This document shows positions 18,695 through 28,171 of a stretch of DNA of 64,000 nucleotides, in pieces (position 1 is the first letter of the stretch; each line of letters starts with the position of its first letter). Under the pieces are notes generated by a model. The model ran no database searches. It saw only the letters and a program-made list of their open reading frames with translations, and had not been told where the DNA came from. The DNA lies in contig CAZMCQ010000004.1 of assembly GCA_964565195.1 (NCBI GenBank), forward strand, positions 64,133-128,132, in the 5' to 3' direction. Made by a program: the position numbers and the translations under genes. The stretch is from an uncultured Candidatus Saccharibacteria bacterium. Its GTDB lineage: Bacteria > Patescibacteriota > Doudnabacteria > UBA920 > 2-01-FULL-46-14.

Positions 18695-19970
18695 AAAGCT
18701 CGCGCAAATCTGGAAGCTTCGGGACCTGCGCCATAAGATTTTTATGGTGATGCTGCTTTTGGCCCTCACGCGGGTTTTTGCGGCCGTGCCGATTCCTGGG
18801 GTTAATCTGGCCTCGCTTCGCAGCCTGTTTGCGCAGAACCAGCTGTTTGGCCTGCTCGATATATTTTCCGGCGGCGGCCTTTCCAATTTTTCCATTGCCA
18901 TGCTTGGCGTCGGCCCGTATATCACCGCCTCCATCATCATGCAGCTTTTGGCGATTATCATCCCAAAGTTGGGAGAGCTGCAGAAGGAAGGGGAGCAGGG
19001 CCGCGCCAAAGTCAATCAGTACACGCGTTATCTCACGGTGCCGCTTAGTATTTTGCAGGGCTTTGGCACCATCAATCTGCTTACCCGCGGCGCCGCGACC
19101 GGGACGCGCGTCCTGGGCATTTTATCTCCGGCCGAATGGGTGATAATTTTGCTGTCCATCACAGCCGGGACCATAATTCTGATGTGGCTTGGCGAACTCA
19201 TTACCGAATACGGCATCGGCAACGGCCTTTCGCTTATCATTTTTGCGGGCATCGTGGCGCGCCTGCCTGCCTCCGCCTCGCGCGAAATCGCGATTTTTGA
19301 CCCATCGCGCCTCCCGACCATTCTCGGGTTTCTGGCCATTGGTTTGGTGGTGATCTTCGGCGTGGTCGTCATGACGGAAGCGACGCGCAACATCCCGGTT
19401 TCCTACGCCAAGCGCGTCCGCGGCAACAAACTTTACGGCGGGGTGAACACGCATCTGCCGATTCGGATCAATACCGCCGGCGTGATCCCGATTATCTTTG
19501 CCATTTCTTTTTTGTTGTTTCCCGGGATCATCGCCAATTTTCTGGTTAATGCCAAAACCGCTGTCATTGCCAACTTTGCGCAGGATGTAAATCAGCTTTT
19601 TCAGAACCAGACATTTTACGGGGTTGCTTATTTTCTGCTCGTAGTCGCGTTTACATATTTTTACACAGCCGTGATTTTCAACCCGCAGGATATTGCGGAC
19701 AATCTGCAAAAGCAGGGCGGCTTTGTGCCGGGCCTGCGGCCCGGGCAGCAGACGGCGGATTATCTCTACCGTGTTTTGAATCGCATCACCCTTGCCGGCG
19801 CAGTCTTCCTCGGCCTCATCGCGGTCCTGCCTTTTCTCATGCAGATTGTCACCAAAACCCAGGCCCTCTCCATCGGCGGCACCTCGCTTCTGATCGTGGT
19901 CGCGGTGGTCATCGAAACCGTGAAGCAGATCGACTCGCAGCTCGTGATGCGCGATTATGAAGGGTTCTAA
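18687..19970 (+). CDS. secY: preprotein translocase SecY
   Basis: 10-TM profile with ...[32 protein letters not shown]... Confidence 0.95.
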   Translation: MFKKLAQIWKLRDLRHKIFMVMLLLALTRVFAAVPIPGVNLASLRSLFAQNQLFGLLDIFSGGGLSNFSIAMLGVGPYITASIIMQLLAIIIPKLGELQKEGEQGRAKVNQYTRYLTVPLSILQGFGTINLLTRGAATGTRVLGILSPAEWVIILLSITAGTIILMWLGELITEYGIGNGLSLIIFAGIVARLPASASREIAIFDPSRLPTILGFLAIGLVVIFGVVVMTEATRNIPVSYAKRVRGNKLYGGVNTHLPIRINTAGVIPIIFAISFLLFPGIIANFLVNAKTAVIANFAQDVNQLFQNQTFYGVAYFLLVVAFTYFYTAVIFNPQDIADNLQKQGGFVPGLRPGQQTADYLYRVLNRITLAGAVFLGLIAVLPFLMQIVTKTQALSIGGTSLLIVVAVVIETVKQIDSQLVMRDYEGF

Positions 19971-20523
19971 TAATCTCATTATTCTCGGGCCGCAGGGGTC
20001 CGGCAAAGGCACCCAAGGCGAGCTGCTTGCGGATAAATTCGGCTATGTGCTAATTGGCGCTGGAGATTCTCTTCGCGAGATTGCCAAACAGGATACCGAG
20101 CTTGGCCGGCGGGTGCACCAGACCATCAACGTTGAAGGGCGGCTGGTTGAACCCGAGCTCGTGGCCGAGGTTTTTGAAGCGCGCCTCAGCGCGCTGCCGA
20201 AGGAACAAGGCGTTATTATCGAGGGTTTTCCGCGCAGCCTCAAACAATATGAATTGCTGCATAATTTTTGGCCAAAGCTCGGCCGCGGCGATTATCAGGT
20301 AATTTTAATGGAACTTTCGGAAGAGGAAGCGGTCAAGCGGTTATTGCTCCGCAGCCGTGTCGATGACACACCCGAAATGATAAGAGAGCGTTTGGCCCTG
20401 TATAATTCGGAAACTTTGCCGGTGATCGAAGCGCTGGAAGCAGAAGGGAAAATCATTCGAGTGAACGGCGCCCCCTCGATCGAAGAGATTCACGCCGACA
20501 TCGTTAAGCAGCTAAATTTGTGA
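19957..20523 (+). CDS. adk: adenylate kinase
   Basis: P-loop GPQGSGKGTQ. Confidence 0.88.
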   Translation: MKGSNNLIILGPQGSGKGTQGELLADKFGYVLIGAGDSLREIAKQDTELGRRVHQTINVEGRLVEPELVAEVFEARLSALPKEQGVIIEGFPRSLKQYELLHNFWPKLGRGDYQVILMELSEEEAVKRLLLRSRVDDTPEMIRERLALYNSETLPVIEALEAEGKIIRVNGAPSIEEIHADIVKQLNL

Positions 20524-21086
20524 AGAAAAATATCGTTACGATCAGCGGCTTTCCGGGCAGTGGGAAATCGAGCACAGCCAAAGGGGTTGCCCGGATTCTT
20601 GGTTATGAGCATTTTTCTTCCGGCGATTTGTTTCGCGAGATGGCGGCCGCTCGCGGACTCACAGTGGAAGGGATCAACTTCGCCGCCGAAAAACAGAGGG
20701 AGATTGATCTCGAAGTTGATGAACTCCTCAAAAAAATAGGGAAAGAGAAAAATAATCTCGTTATTGATTCGCGGATGGCGTTTCACTGGATCCCGGATGC
20801 GTTTAAGGTCTTTCTCGATCTTGACCCGGAAACCGCGGCGCAGAGGACGTTCGCGCACATTCAAAAAGAGGGCCGGGCCAGCCAGGTCGGCTCGTCGCTA
20901 GAAGAGGTTCGGAAGAACACGCTCAAAAGATTCGAGAGCGAGCGAAGACGTTATAAAGCTTTATACAATGTGGACTTTACCGAAAAATCTCAATTTGACC
21001 TGGTTGTGGACACGGTTGCCAACAATCTCGAAGAGGTAATCAAGATAATCGTCGAAGCGTATAAAAAATGGCATGAGTCTCATTAA
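20520..21086 (+). CDS. cmk: archaeal-type cytidylate kinase-like P-loop kinase
   Basis: MKKNIVTISGFPGSGKSSTAKGVARILGYEHFSSGDLFRE... The secY-adk-cmk order is typical of archaea. Confidence 0.7.
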   Translation: MKKNIVTISGFPGSGKSSTAKGVARILGYEHFSSGDLFREMAAARGLTVEGINFAAEKQREIDLEVDELLKKIGKEKNNLVIDSRMAFHWIPDAFKVFLDLDPETAAQRTFAHIQKEGRASQVGSSLEEVRKNTLKRFESERRRYKALYNVDFTEKSQFDLVVDTVANNLEEVIKIIVEAYKKWHESH

Positions 21087-21837
21087 AACTTCGGAAGAAA
21101 TCGAAAAGTTGAAAACCGGCGGGCAGATCCTGGCCCGCATTTTGTCGGTGGCGGCCAAGCTGGTTAAACCCGGCATTTCGACTTATTTTTTGGAAGAAGT
21201 TGTCCGCGAGGAAATCAGAAAGGCCGGCGTCGAGGCCGCGTTTCGCGGTTATGGCGGCGGGCGGGGAAGGAAGCCATATCCGGCCGCGCTGTGCACCTCC
21301 GTCAATGATGAGGTGGTGCACTGCGTGCCAAATCGGAAAAGAGTGCTTAAGGAAGGGGATATCATTGGTCTTGACCTTGGGATTAAATATGAAGATTTGT
21401 TTACTGATGCTGCCACTACCGTGTCGGTTGGTAAGATTAGCCGCGCTGCGACGCGGCTAATAAATACAACCCGCGAGGCCCTGGTCGCAGGAATTAAACA
21501 AATCAAAGCCGGCAATTACATTGGTGATATTTCGGCGGCGATCGAGGCCGTCGGCCGGCGCGAGCAGCTCAGCGTCATCCGCGATCTCGTCGGGCACGGC
21601 GTGGGGCATGCGGTGCATGAGGAACCGTCGGTGCCAAACACTGGCAAACCCGGGACCTTGGAACAATTAAAGGTTGGCATGGTGCTCGCCATTGAGCCGA
21701 TGTTCACGCTGGGCGATTATAAGATAAATTTTCTTGACGATGGCTGGTCAGTGGTGACTACTGACGGCTCGCTGGCCGCGCATTTTGAGCATACCGTGGC
21801 AGTGAGAGAAAACGGCAGCATAGTTTTGACGAAATAA
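21073..21837 (+). CDS. map: methionine aminopeptidase type I
   Basis: ...DIIGLDLGIKYEDLFTD...HGVGHAVHEEP... Confidence 0.9.
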   Translation: MSLIKTSEEIEKLKTGGQILARILSVAAKLVKPGISTYFLEEVVREEIRKAGVEAAFRGYGGGRGRKPYPAALCTSVNDEVVHCVPNRKRVLKEGDIIGLDLGIKYEDLFTDAATTVSVGKISRAATRLINTTREALVAGIKQIKAGNYIGDISAAIEAVGRREQLSVIRDLVGHGVGHAVHEEPSVPNTGKPGTLEQLKVGMVLAIEPMFTLGDYKINFLDDGWSVVTTDGSLAAHFEHTVAVRENGSIVLTK

Positions 21838-21872
21838 AAACCGGGGTCCCTCGGGCAGTCGAGGGACCCTTT
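21836..21872. terminator. bidirectional rho-independent terminator between map (+) and a small minus-strand gene
   Basis: AAAAA-GGGTCCCTC-gggcagtc-GAGGGACCC-TTT. Confidence 0.7.
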
Positions 21873-21882
21873 GAGATTGCAG

Positions 21883-22074
21883 TCATAGTCCAGCAGCCTT
21901 CAGATCCCGGTCGAGTGCTTGCTCTGCTGTCCAGCCAAGGGCCTCGGCGAGTTTTTGAACCTTGTCCCAGGCAATCGGAGTGGGGGTATGATGCGCGTCT
22001 GCGAGCTGCTTGCATTTTGCCTGTATTTCCGGCGGCTGCATACAAAGTTCCGTATGATTGACGTAATGTGGCAT
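21883..22074 (-). CDS. small hypothetical protein (63 aa) divergent from htrA
   Basis: Strong SD AAGGAGGT 7 nt upstream of the ATG. Protein is MPHYVNHTELCMQPPEIQAKCKQLADAHHTPTPIAWDKVQKLAEALGWTAEQALDRDLKAAGL. The 148-aa ORF in the track starts further upstream without an RBS. Confidence 0.4.
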   Translation of the reverse strand: MPHYVNHTELCMQPPEIQAKCKQLADAHHTPTPIAWDKVQKLAEALGWTAEQALDRDLKAAGL

Positions 22075-22167
22075 AGAATACCTCCTTTTCGCTCCTTGCG
22101 ATTCCATTATACTCCCTTTTGTCAAGTTTTGAAGATGTGGATATTTATGATATAATAAAGCGGCATT

Positions 22168-23349
22168 ATGCAACCTCTCGAAACCAAAAATTCCAGCGAA
22201 AAGACCAGCGCCGTTGCTATTATCGGTTTGCTTGCCGGCCTCGCCGGCGGCGTGATAGGTTCGGTTTATGTCGCGCCATGGTACCAGAAGAATATTTTGA
22301 AAGAAGAGCCAGGCGCGGTAGCAAGACAAACAGTCGTTGACGAAGAGTCAGCGATAATCGCGGCCGTGGAAAAAGTAAATCCGGCGGTTGTCTCGATCAT
22401 CATTTCCAAAGATCTGCCCAAACTCGAGCAGTATGCCTCGCCGTTTGGCGATATCTTTTTCTCTGTACCCTCCGGCGAGCTGGAAAAACAGAAAATCGGC
22501 GCCGGTTCAGGATTTATTATTTCCGCGGACGGTATGATCGTTACCAACAAGCACGTCGTCGCCGATCCGCAGGCGGAATACACGGTGATCACCAAAGACG
22601 GGCAAAAATACGATGCCGACATTCTGGCTACTGATCCGGCTAATGATTTGGCCATCGTCAAAATCGCTGCCAACGATTTGCCCTTTGTCAATCTGGGTGA
22701 TTCCGATCAACTCAAACTCGGCCAGCGCGTGATCGCCATCGGCAATGCGCTCGGCGAATTTCAAAATACCGTTACCACTGGCGTGATTTCCGGAATTAAG
22801 CGCGACGTAACAGCGTCGGGCGGAACGCAGACCGAACGGCTTACCGAGGTTATCCAAACCGATGCCGCAATCAATCCGGGCAACTCCGGGGGCCCGCTTC
22901 TGAATTTATCGGGGGAGGTGATCGGGGTGAACACGGCCGTGAGTTCCGAGGCGCAGCTCATCGGGTTTGCGATTCCCGTGGGGCAGCTCAAAAAAGTGAT
23001 TGACGATGTAAAGCAGTTCGGCAAGGTCAGGCGGCCGTTTTTGGGGGTGCGGTATGTCATCATTACTGAAAGCTACGCGCGGCAGAACAATCTCCCTGTC
23101 AATTATGGCGTGTTAATAGTCTCCGGCGACGCGCTAAACGAACCCGCAGTGATTCCGGGCAGTCCCGCGGCCAAAGCCGGCATAGCGCGGGGAGATATAA
23201 TTCTCGAACTGGACGGACAAAAGATTACTCCGGAAAATCAACTCGCAGAACAGCTGCGCGGCCGCAACCCGGGTGACCAGGTTACTTTGAAGCTCCTGCG
23301 TAATGGCGAGGAGCGCACGGTCAGTGTAACCCTTGGCGAGGCCGAGTAG
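22168..23349 (+). CDS. htrA: HtrA/DegP-family serine protease with a PDZ domain
   Basis: N-terminal TM segment. Catalytic GNSGGPL and a TNKHVV His block. TATAAT at 22151-22156. Confidence 0.85.
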   Translation: MQPLETKNSSEKTSAVAIIGLLAGLAGGVIGSVYVAPWYQKNILKEEPGAVARQTVVDEESAIIAAVEKVNPAVVSIIISKDLPKLEQYASPFGDIFFSVPSGELEKQKIGAGSGFIISADGMIVTNKHVVADPQAEYTVITKDGQKYDADILATDPANDLAIVKIAANDLPFVNLGDSDQLKLGQRVIAIGNALGEFQNTVTTGVISGIKRDVTASGGTQTERLTEVIQTDAAINPGNSGGPLLNLSGEVIGVNTAVSSEAQLIGFAIPVGQLKKVIDDVKQFGKVRRPFLGVRYVIITESYARQNNLPVNYGVLIVSGDALNEPAVIPGSPAAKAGIARGDIILELDGQKITPENQLAEQLRGRNPGDQVTLKLLRNGEERTVSVTLGEAE

Positions 23350-23351
23350 AG

Positions 23352-23720
23352 ATGACCAAAATTTTAGCTCTCGATTATGGGACCAAGCGTATCGGCGTGG
23401 CCATATCTGATGAAACAAAAACCATTGCGGTTCCGAAGCCGTATATCAAAGCAGAAGAAAAAGGTAGAATACTGGAATTGATAAAAGACCAGGAGGTGGA
23501 CGAAATTTTGTTGGGTTTGCCAAAAGCCCTGAAAGGAACGGAGACTATCATGACCCGCGAAGTTCGGAGCTTTGGCGAATGGCTCGAACAAGAAACTAAA
23601 TTGCCGGTTCGATTGATTGATGAACGCTATAGCACGAAAGGGGCGGAAAGGATAACGAAAGACAGAGAGTTAATAGATAGTTTAGTAGCACAAAAAATTT
23701 TAGAAAATTATTTAGAATAA
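23352..23720 (+). CDS. ruvX: Holliday junction resolvase-like RuvX/YqgF
   Basis: MTKILALDYGTKRIGVAISDE... Confidence 0.8.
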   Translation: MTKILALDYGTKRIGVAISDETKTIAVPKPYIKAEEKGRILELIKDQEVDEILLGLPKALKGTETIMTREVRSFGEWLEQETKLPVRLIDERYSTKGAERITKDRELIDSLVAQKILENYLE

Positions 23721-23738
23721 TTAGGTTAATTAGAAATT
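23711..23738 (+). repeat. AT-rich AATTAG box: TTTAGAATAATTAGGTTAATTAGAAATT
   Basis: Shares TTTAGAATAATTAG and AATTAGAAATTT with 29241-29278. An inverted relative lies at 30433-30466. Confidence 0.55.
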
Positions 23739-23739
23739 T

Positions 23740-24255
23740 GTGTTTCGCGTCATTCATCCTAACCGCTGGTTTTTTTACGTTATTGCTTTTCTCGCCGCGA
23801 CGGCTTTGGTCCTGGAAATTTTTATCCTTAAAACCGTCAGTGATCTGGAAAGAACCTCGGATGAACTCGCGCATTCGGAAGTTTTTTGGAAAACATTCCG
23901 CTCCCAGGATTTAGGATTTTCTTTGCGTTATCCGCCCGGTTGGCAGATCGAGCTGGATCGCCTTGAGCCGCGGAGCGTAACTTTGGAGAATCCGCAGAAT
24001 TTCGGGGAGAATATTTCCATTTCAATGACGACGCCAAAGTATGAGGCCATCATCCGAAGTTCTCTCAAAGTTTTTTCAGAGGAAAAGGCGACAGTCGGCG
24101 GCCTGCCGGCTGCTTGGCTCAAGGGCGATCCCCGGGACAGGGCCACGAACAATGTAATTCTGATTCACAAAGACGCCGAGCTTTATTATATTGCCGGTTC
24201 GTCTCCGGTTTTTGACAAGATTATCGAGAGTTTTAAATTTTTACCCGCCAAATGA
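23740..24255 (+). CDS. hypothetical membrane-anchored protein
   Basis: GTG start. N-terminal TM segment WFFYVIAFLAATALVLEIFIL. Confidence 0.45.
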   Translation: MFRVIHPNRWFFYVIAFLAATALVLEIFILKTVSDLERTSDELAHSEVFWKTFRSQDLGFSLRYPPGWQIELDRLEPRSVTLENPQNFGENISISMTTPKYEAIIRSSLKVFSEEKATVGGLPAAWLKGDPRDRATNNVILIHKDAELYYIAGSSPVFDKIIESFKFLPAK

Positions 24256-25247
24256 GCGAGTTTCGCCAGGATATTGTCAATAAAAACTGGGTTTTGATTG
24301 CCGAGGGACGGGGGTCGCGGCCGGATGATTTTAAAAAAAATCAGGCCACGCCGCCCGATTTACCGGAGCGCGAGTTAACCTGCGAATTTTGTCCGGGAAA
24401 TGAACGCTTGACACCGGTTGAGATTGGGCGCTACCCAAAGCAGGGCGAGTGGCAGATTCGTGTAGTACCGAACAAATATGAGGCCGTGGGGCACGCCTTG
24501 GGGAGGGAGTATGAGGAGTTCTATACCAGCCGGCCGGGCAGCGGGGATCATGAGGTCGTGATCAATCGTGAGCATAATAAATATCTGGCCCTGCAGGATA
24601 TCGCCATGATTGATTTAACCCTCCGGGTCTATATTGACCGGATCAATGAACTAAAAAAGCACGAAGAGATACATTATGTGCACATTATCCAAAATCATGG
24701 GCGCCAGGCCGGGGCATCAATCATGCATCCGCACTCCCAGATCCTCGCCATCCCGTTTTTACCGGACCGGCTGCAGGATGAACTTTTGGGCACGCGCCGG
24801 TACTGGAGTGCGCACGGCGAGTGCGTTTTTTGCCAGATGATTGCCTATGAATTGGCACAGGATGAGCGGATCGTGATCGATACCCCCTATTTTCTGGTGC
24901 TTGCGCCGTATGCCTCGAAGATGCCGTTTGAGATGCACATTTTGCCGAAAACCCACCGGTCGTCATTTCAGGACATTCCGGCAGCCGAGCGGCAGGCCCT
25001 GGCCGAGGTGATGAAAGCCGTGTTCTCGCGGCTCAACAACCGCATGCTGAACCCGGCCTATAATTATTATTTTCATACCCTGCCATTCGGAGAGAAGATC
25101 GCAAGTAAATCGTTTGATGACCGGCAGTCTTACCACTGGCACATCGTCATTTTGCCGCGCGTCAATATCTGGGCCGGTTTCGAGCTCGGCACGGAAGTTT
25201 ACGTCAACCCCATGCCGCCGGAGAGGGCCGCGAAATTTTTCCACTGA
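24252..25247 (+). CDS. galT: galactose-1-phosphate uridylyltransferase-like (HIT-superfamily GalT)
   Basis: CEFCPGNERLTP zinc site and HPHSQI (HxHxQ). Confidence 0.65.
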   Translation: MSEFRQDIVNKNWVLIAEGRGSRPDDFKKNQATPPDLPERELTCEFCPGNERLTPVEIGRYPKQGEWQIRVVPNKYEAVGHALGREYEEFYTSRPGSGDHEVVINREHNKYLALQDIAMIDLTLRVYIDRINELKKHEEIHYVHIIQNHGRQAGASIMHPHSQILAIPFLPDRLQDELLGTRRYWSAHGECVFCQMIAYELAQDERIVIDTPYFLVLAPYASKMPFEMHILPKTHRSSFQDIPAAERQALAEVMKAVFSRLNNRMLNPAYNYYFHTLPFGEKIASKSFDDRQSYHWHIVILPRVNIWAGFELGTEVYVNPMPPERAAKFFH

Positions 25248-25254
25248 TACTACG

Positions 25255-25962
25255 ATGAATATTGTTATCGGTAACTGGAAAATGAATCCCGCAACCGTAG
25301 CCGAGGCGAAGAAGCTGGCGGCGAGCGTTGAAAACGGACTGATGGGCGTGGACAAGGGCCGGGTCCGAGTGGTAATTTGTCCGCCGTTCGTGTTTTTACC
25401 GGCCTTGAAACACTCTCTGCATTTCGCCGCCCTTGGGGCGCAGGATGTGGCGCACGAGGAAGAGGGCGCTTTCACCGGTGAAGTTTCAGCCGCGCAGTTA
25501 AAAGAATTCGGCGTCAAGTATGTTATCATTGGCCATTCCGAGCGACGCGCTTTGGGGGAAAGCAATGAACTTATTGCCAAGAAATTAAATATCGCCTTTG
25601 TTCATAAATTGAATATAATCCTCTGTGTCGGTTTTGGCGCGCACAAAGGAGCATCGGCCGAGGAAGTGCGGGCTATTTTGCAAAAGCAACTTGCCGCAAT
25701 CCCACAAGGCGTGGAATTAATCGTTGCCTATGAGCCGGTCTGGGCGATCGGCACAGGCCAGCCGGCGGCAGCCGCGCATGCCAGAGAAATGCTACAATTC
25801 ATAGAGAGCGTAGTGCCGGGCGCGCAGCCCATCTACGGCGGCAGTGTGGACAGGCATAACGCCCGCGAATTTGCCGGAGTCGGTGTTTCCGGAGCCCTGG
25901 TCGGCGGGGCCAGTCTCAAGAGTGATGATTTTTTGGAGATAATTAAAGCGTTTGCTGCATGA
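25255..25962 (+). CDS. tpiA: triosephosphate isomerase
   Basis: MNIVIGNWKMNP..., IIGHSERR and AYEPVWAIGTG. Confidence 0.9.
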   Translation: MNIVIGNWKMNPATVAEAKKLAASVENGLMGVDKGRVRVVICPPFVFLPALKHSLHFAALGAQDVAHEEEGAFTGEVSAAQLKEFGVKYVIIGHSERRALGESNELIAKKLNIAFVHKLNIILCVGFGAHKGASAEEVRAILQKQLAAIPQGVELIVAYEPVWAIGTGQPAAAAHAREMLQFIESVVPGAQPIYGGSVDRHNAREFAGVGVSGALVGGASLKSDDFLEIIKAFAA

Positions 25963-26405
25963 TTTACATTGGCGCGGATCACCGCGGGTTTAAACTCAAA
26001 GAAGCCATAAAAAAGTGGTTTGGCGAGCAAAATATCAATTTTGAAGACTTGGGAGCAAAAGAACTCGACCCCAATGATGATTATCCGATTATTGCGAAGG
26101 CTGTCGCGGAAAAAGTAATTGCCAATGTCGAAAATCGTGGGATTCTCATCTGCGGCTCCGGCGCCGGCGTTTGCATCGTGGCGAACAAGATCAAAGGCAT
26201 CCGCGCGGCCGAGGCCTGGAACCCGGAAATTGCCAAAGCCGCCCGCAACGATGACAATGCGAACGTGCTTTGCCTTTCCGCCGGCGCCCTTTCCCTGGAA
26301 GAGGTTAAATCGATTGCGCGAATTTTTCTGGATACTTCCTTTGGCGGCGCGGAGCGGTACAAACGCCGTCTCCAGCAGATCGAAGATATCGAAAGCGAAA
26401 AATAA
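25959..26405 (+). CDS. rpiB: ribose-5-phosphate isomerase B
   Basis: MIYIGADHRGFKLKE...ILICGSGAGV... Confidence 0.88.
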   Translation: MIYIGADHRGFKLKEAIKKWFGEQNINFEDLGAKELDPNDDYPIIAKAVAEKVIANVENRGILICGSGAGVCIVANKIKGIRAAEAWNPEIAKAARNDDNANVLCLSAGALSLEEVKSIARIFLDTSFGGAERYKRRLQQIEDIESEK

Positions 26406-26407
26406 AA

Positions 26408-27058
26408 ATGGCCATTTTGGTTCCGTCAATTTTGTCGAAAGATCCAGAGGAGATCCGCGGGCGCCTCGAGTTTTTGGAAACTATTCCCGAGGTGCGGGCG
26501 GTACAGCTGGATTTCGCGGACGGAAAATTTGTGCCCAATAGTTTACCCGCGCCGCGCGAAATTGGCGAGCTCGAAACGAAACTGGAGCTTGAGGCACACC
26601 TCATGGTGATGGAGCCGCAGCGCTATCTGCATGACCTGGAAGCCTTGGGAGTAAAAACGGCGTTCATTCATTATGAGAGTTTTTACACGCATGAGGCCCT
26701 GCAGAACACTCTGGAAAATGCCCGCCAAATGGGTTTGCTTGTGGGGCTCGCGATCAATCCACAAACCGATATTTATATTTTTGATTATTTTGACCAATAT
26801 GTGGACGAAGCTCTGCTCATGGGAGTTAATCCGGGTTTTCAGGGGCAGGCCTTTATTCCGGAAACACTTGCCCGGGCACACAATTTAGAAAAAAAACACG
26901 GCCATGTCATAATCGAAGTGGATGGCGGCGTGAAGCTCGAGAATGTGGAGGCCATCGTGGCGCATGGCGCGGATAAAGTCAACGTCGGCTCGGGCATCTG
27001 GCAATCTCCGGATCCCAAAGCGACCATCTATAAATTTCTCGAGAAATTAAAAAAATAA
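26408..27058 (+). CDS. rpe: ribulose-phosphate 3-epimerase
   Basis: ...AVQLDFADGKFVPN...HLMVMEP... Confidence 0.85.
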   Translation: MAILVPSILSKDPEEIRGRLEFLETIPEVRAVQLDFADGKFVPNSLPAPREIGELETKLELEAHLMVMEPQRYLHDLEALGVKTAFIHYESFYTHEALQNTLENARQMGLLVGLAINPQTDIYIFDYFDQYVDEALLMGVNPGFQGQAFIPETLARAHNLEKKHGHVIIEVDGGVKLENVEAIVAHGADKVNVGSGIWQSPDPKATIYKFLEKLKK

Positions 27059-27059
27059 T

Positions 27060-27929
27060 ATGGGCGGCAGCGAAATAACCGAAACAAAGATTAACAGCCT
27101 GCAAAAGATCGCCAACCAAATCCGGCAGGATATTATTAAAGCTCTGGTGAATGCTGGCTCGGGCCACTCGGCCGGGCCACTCGGCATGGCCGATGTCTTT
27201 ACGGTTCTGTATTTTCATATCCTAAATATCCGTCCGAAACAGCCGCGCTGGGCGGAGCGCGACCGGTTTGTGCTTTCCAATGGCCATATCAATCCGGTCT
27301 GGTATGCGACACTGGCGCGGCGCGGATTTTTTCCGACGGGTGAATTTATAAAGAAACTTCGAAAGCTTGGCAGCCGGTTTCCCGGTCACCCGCACAACCT
27401 TACCACGCCGGGCGTGGAAAATTCTGGCGGGCCCTTGGGCCAAGGGCTGTCGCAGGCCATCGGCATGGCGCTGGCCGCGAAACTGGACAAGAAAAAATAT
27501 CAAGTCTATTGCGTGATGTCAGATGGAGAGCTGCAAGAGGGACAAAACTGGGAGGCGCTGATGTTTGCCGGGGCGCGCAAACTCGACAACCTCACCGCCA
27601 TTGTTGATAGAAACAATATTCAGATTGATGGCTTTACGGAGAATGTCGTGCCGCTCGAACCGCTGCGCGCAAAATTGGAGGCCTTTAACTGGCACGTGAT
27701 TGAGATTGACGGACACAATATCAGGCAGATCGTGGAGGCCTGTCGGCAGGCCGTCGCCGTTTACGAAAAGCCGGTGGCGATCCTCGCGCATACGATCCCG
27801 GGCCGCGGCGTGGATTTTATGGAGAGCGATTATCACTGGCACGGCGTGCCGCCAAACAAGGAGCAGGCCAGAGAAGCCCTTGCCGAACTTCGCACCTTGC
27901 ATGGTAGAATTAAGTCGGAACACGAATGA
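27060..27929 (+). CDS. tkt: transketolase, N-terminal (TPP-binding) subunit
   Basis: ...GSGHSAGPLGMADVF... and GPLGQGLSQAIGMALA. Confidence 0.88.
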   Translation: MGGSEITETKINSLQKIANQIRQDIIKALVNAGSGHSAGPLGMADVFTVLYFHILNIRPKQPRWAERDRFVLSNGHINPVWYATLARRGFFPTGEFIKKLRKLGSRFPGHPHNLTTPGVENSGGPLGQGLSQAIGMALAAKLDKKKYQVYCVMSDGELQEGQNWEALMFAGARKLDNLTAIVDRNNIQIDGFTENVVPLEPLRAKLEAFNWHVIEIDGHNIRQIVEACRQAVAVYEKPVAILAHTIPGRGVDFMESDYHWHGVPPNKEQAREALAELRTLHGRIKSEHE

Positions 27930-27945
27930 AAGGGGGTGATAAATA

Positions 27946-28158
27946 GTGGCAAATATGAATCCGCAGAATTTGGCTAATTGGAGCGTGGGTTTGGGTTTTT
28001 TGGGCGTGTTGCTTTACATCATCGCCTTTGTGCTGCTGTGGCAGGGCGGCGGGAACATGCTTCTTGGCCGGTTTGACCAGAAGGACCTTTACTTTGCCGG
28101 CAGCGGCCTGTTATATATCGCGATCTGGATGAAACTGGGCGCGATTTATCACAAATAA
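27946..28158 (+). CDS. small 2-TM membrane protein between the two transketolase halves
   Basis: MANMNPQNLANWSVGLGFLGVLLYIIAFVLLWQGG...LLYIAIWMKLGAIYHK. Confidence 0.4.
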   Translation: MANMNPQNLANWSVGLGFLGVLLYIIAFVLLWQGGGNMLLGRFDQKDLYFAGSGLLYIAIWMKLGAIYHK

Positions 28159-28171
28159 TAAAGTATGATGA

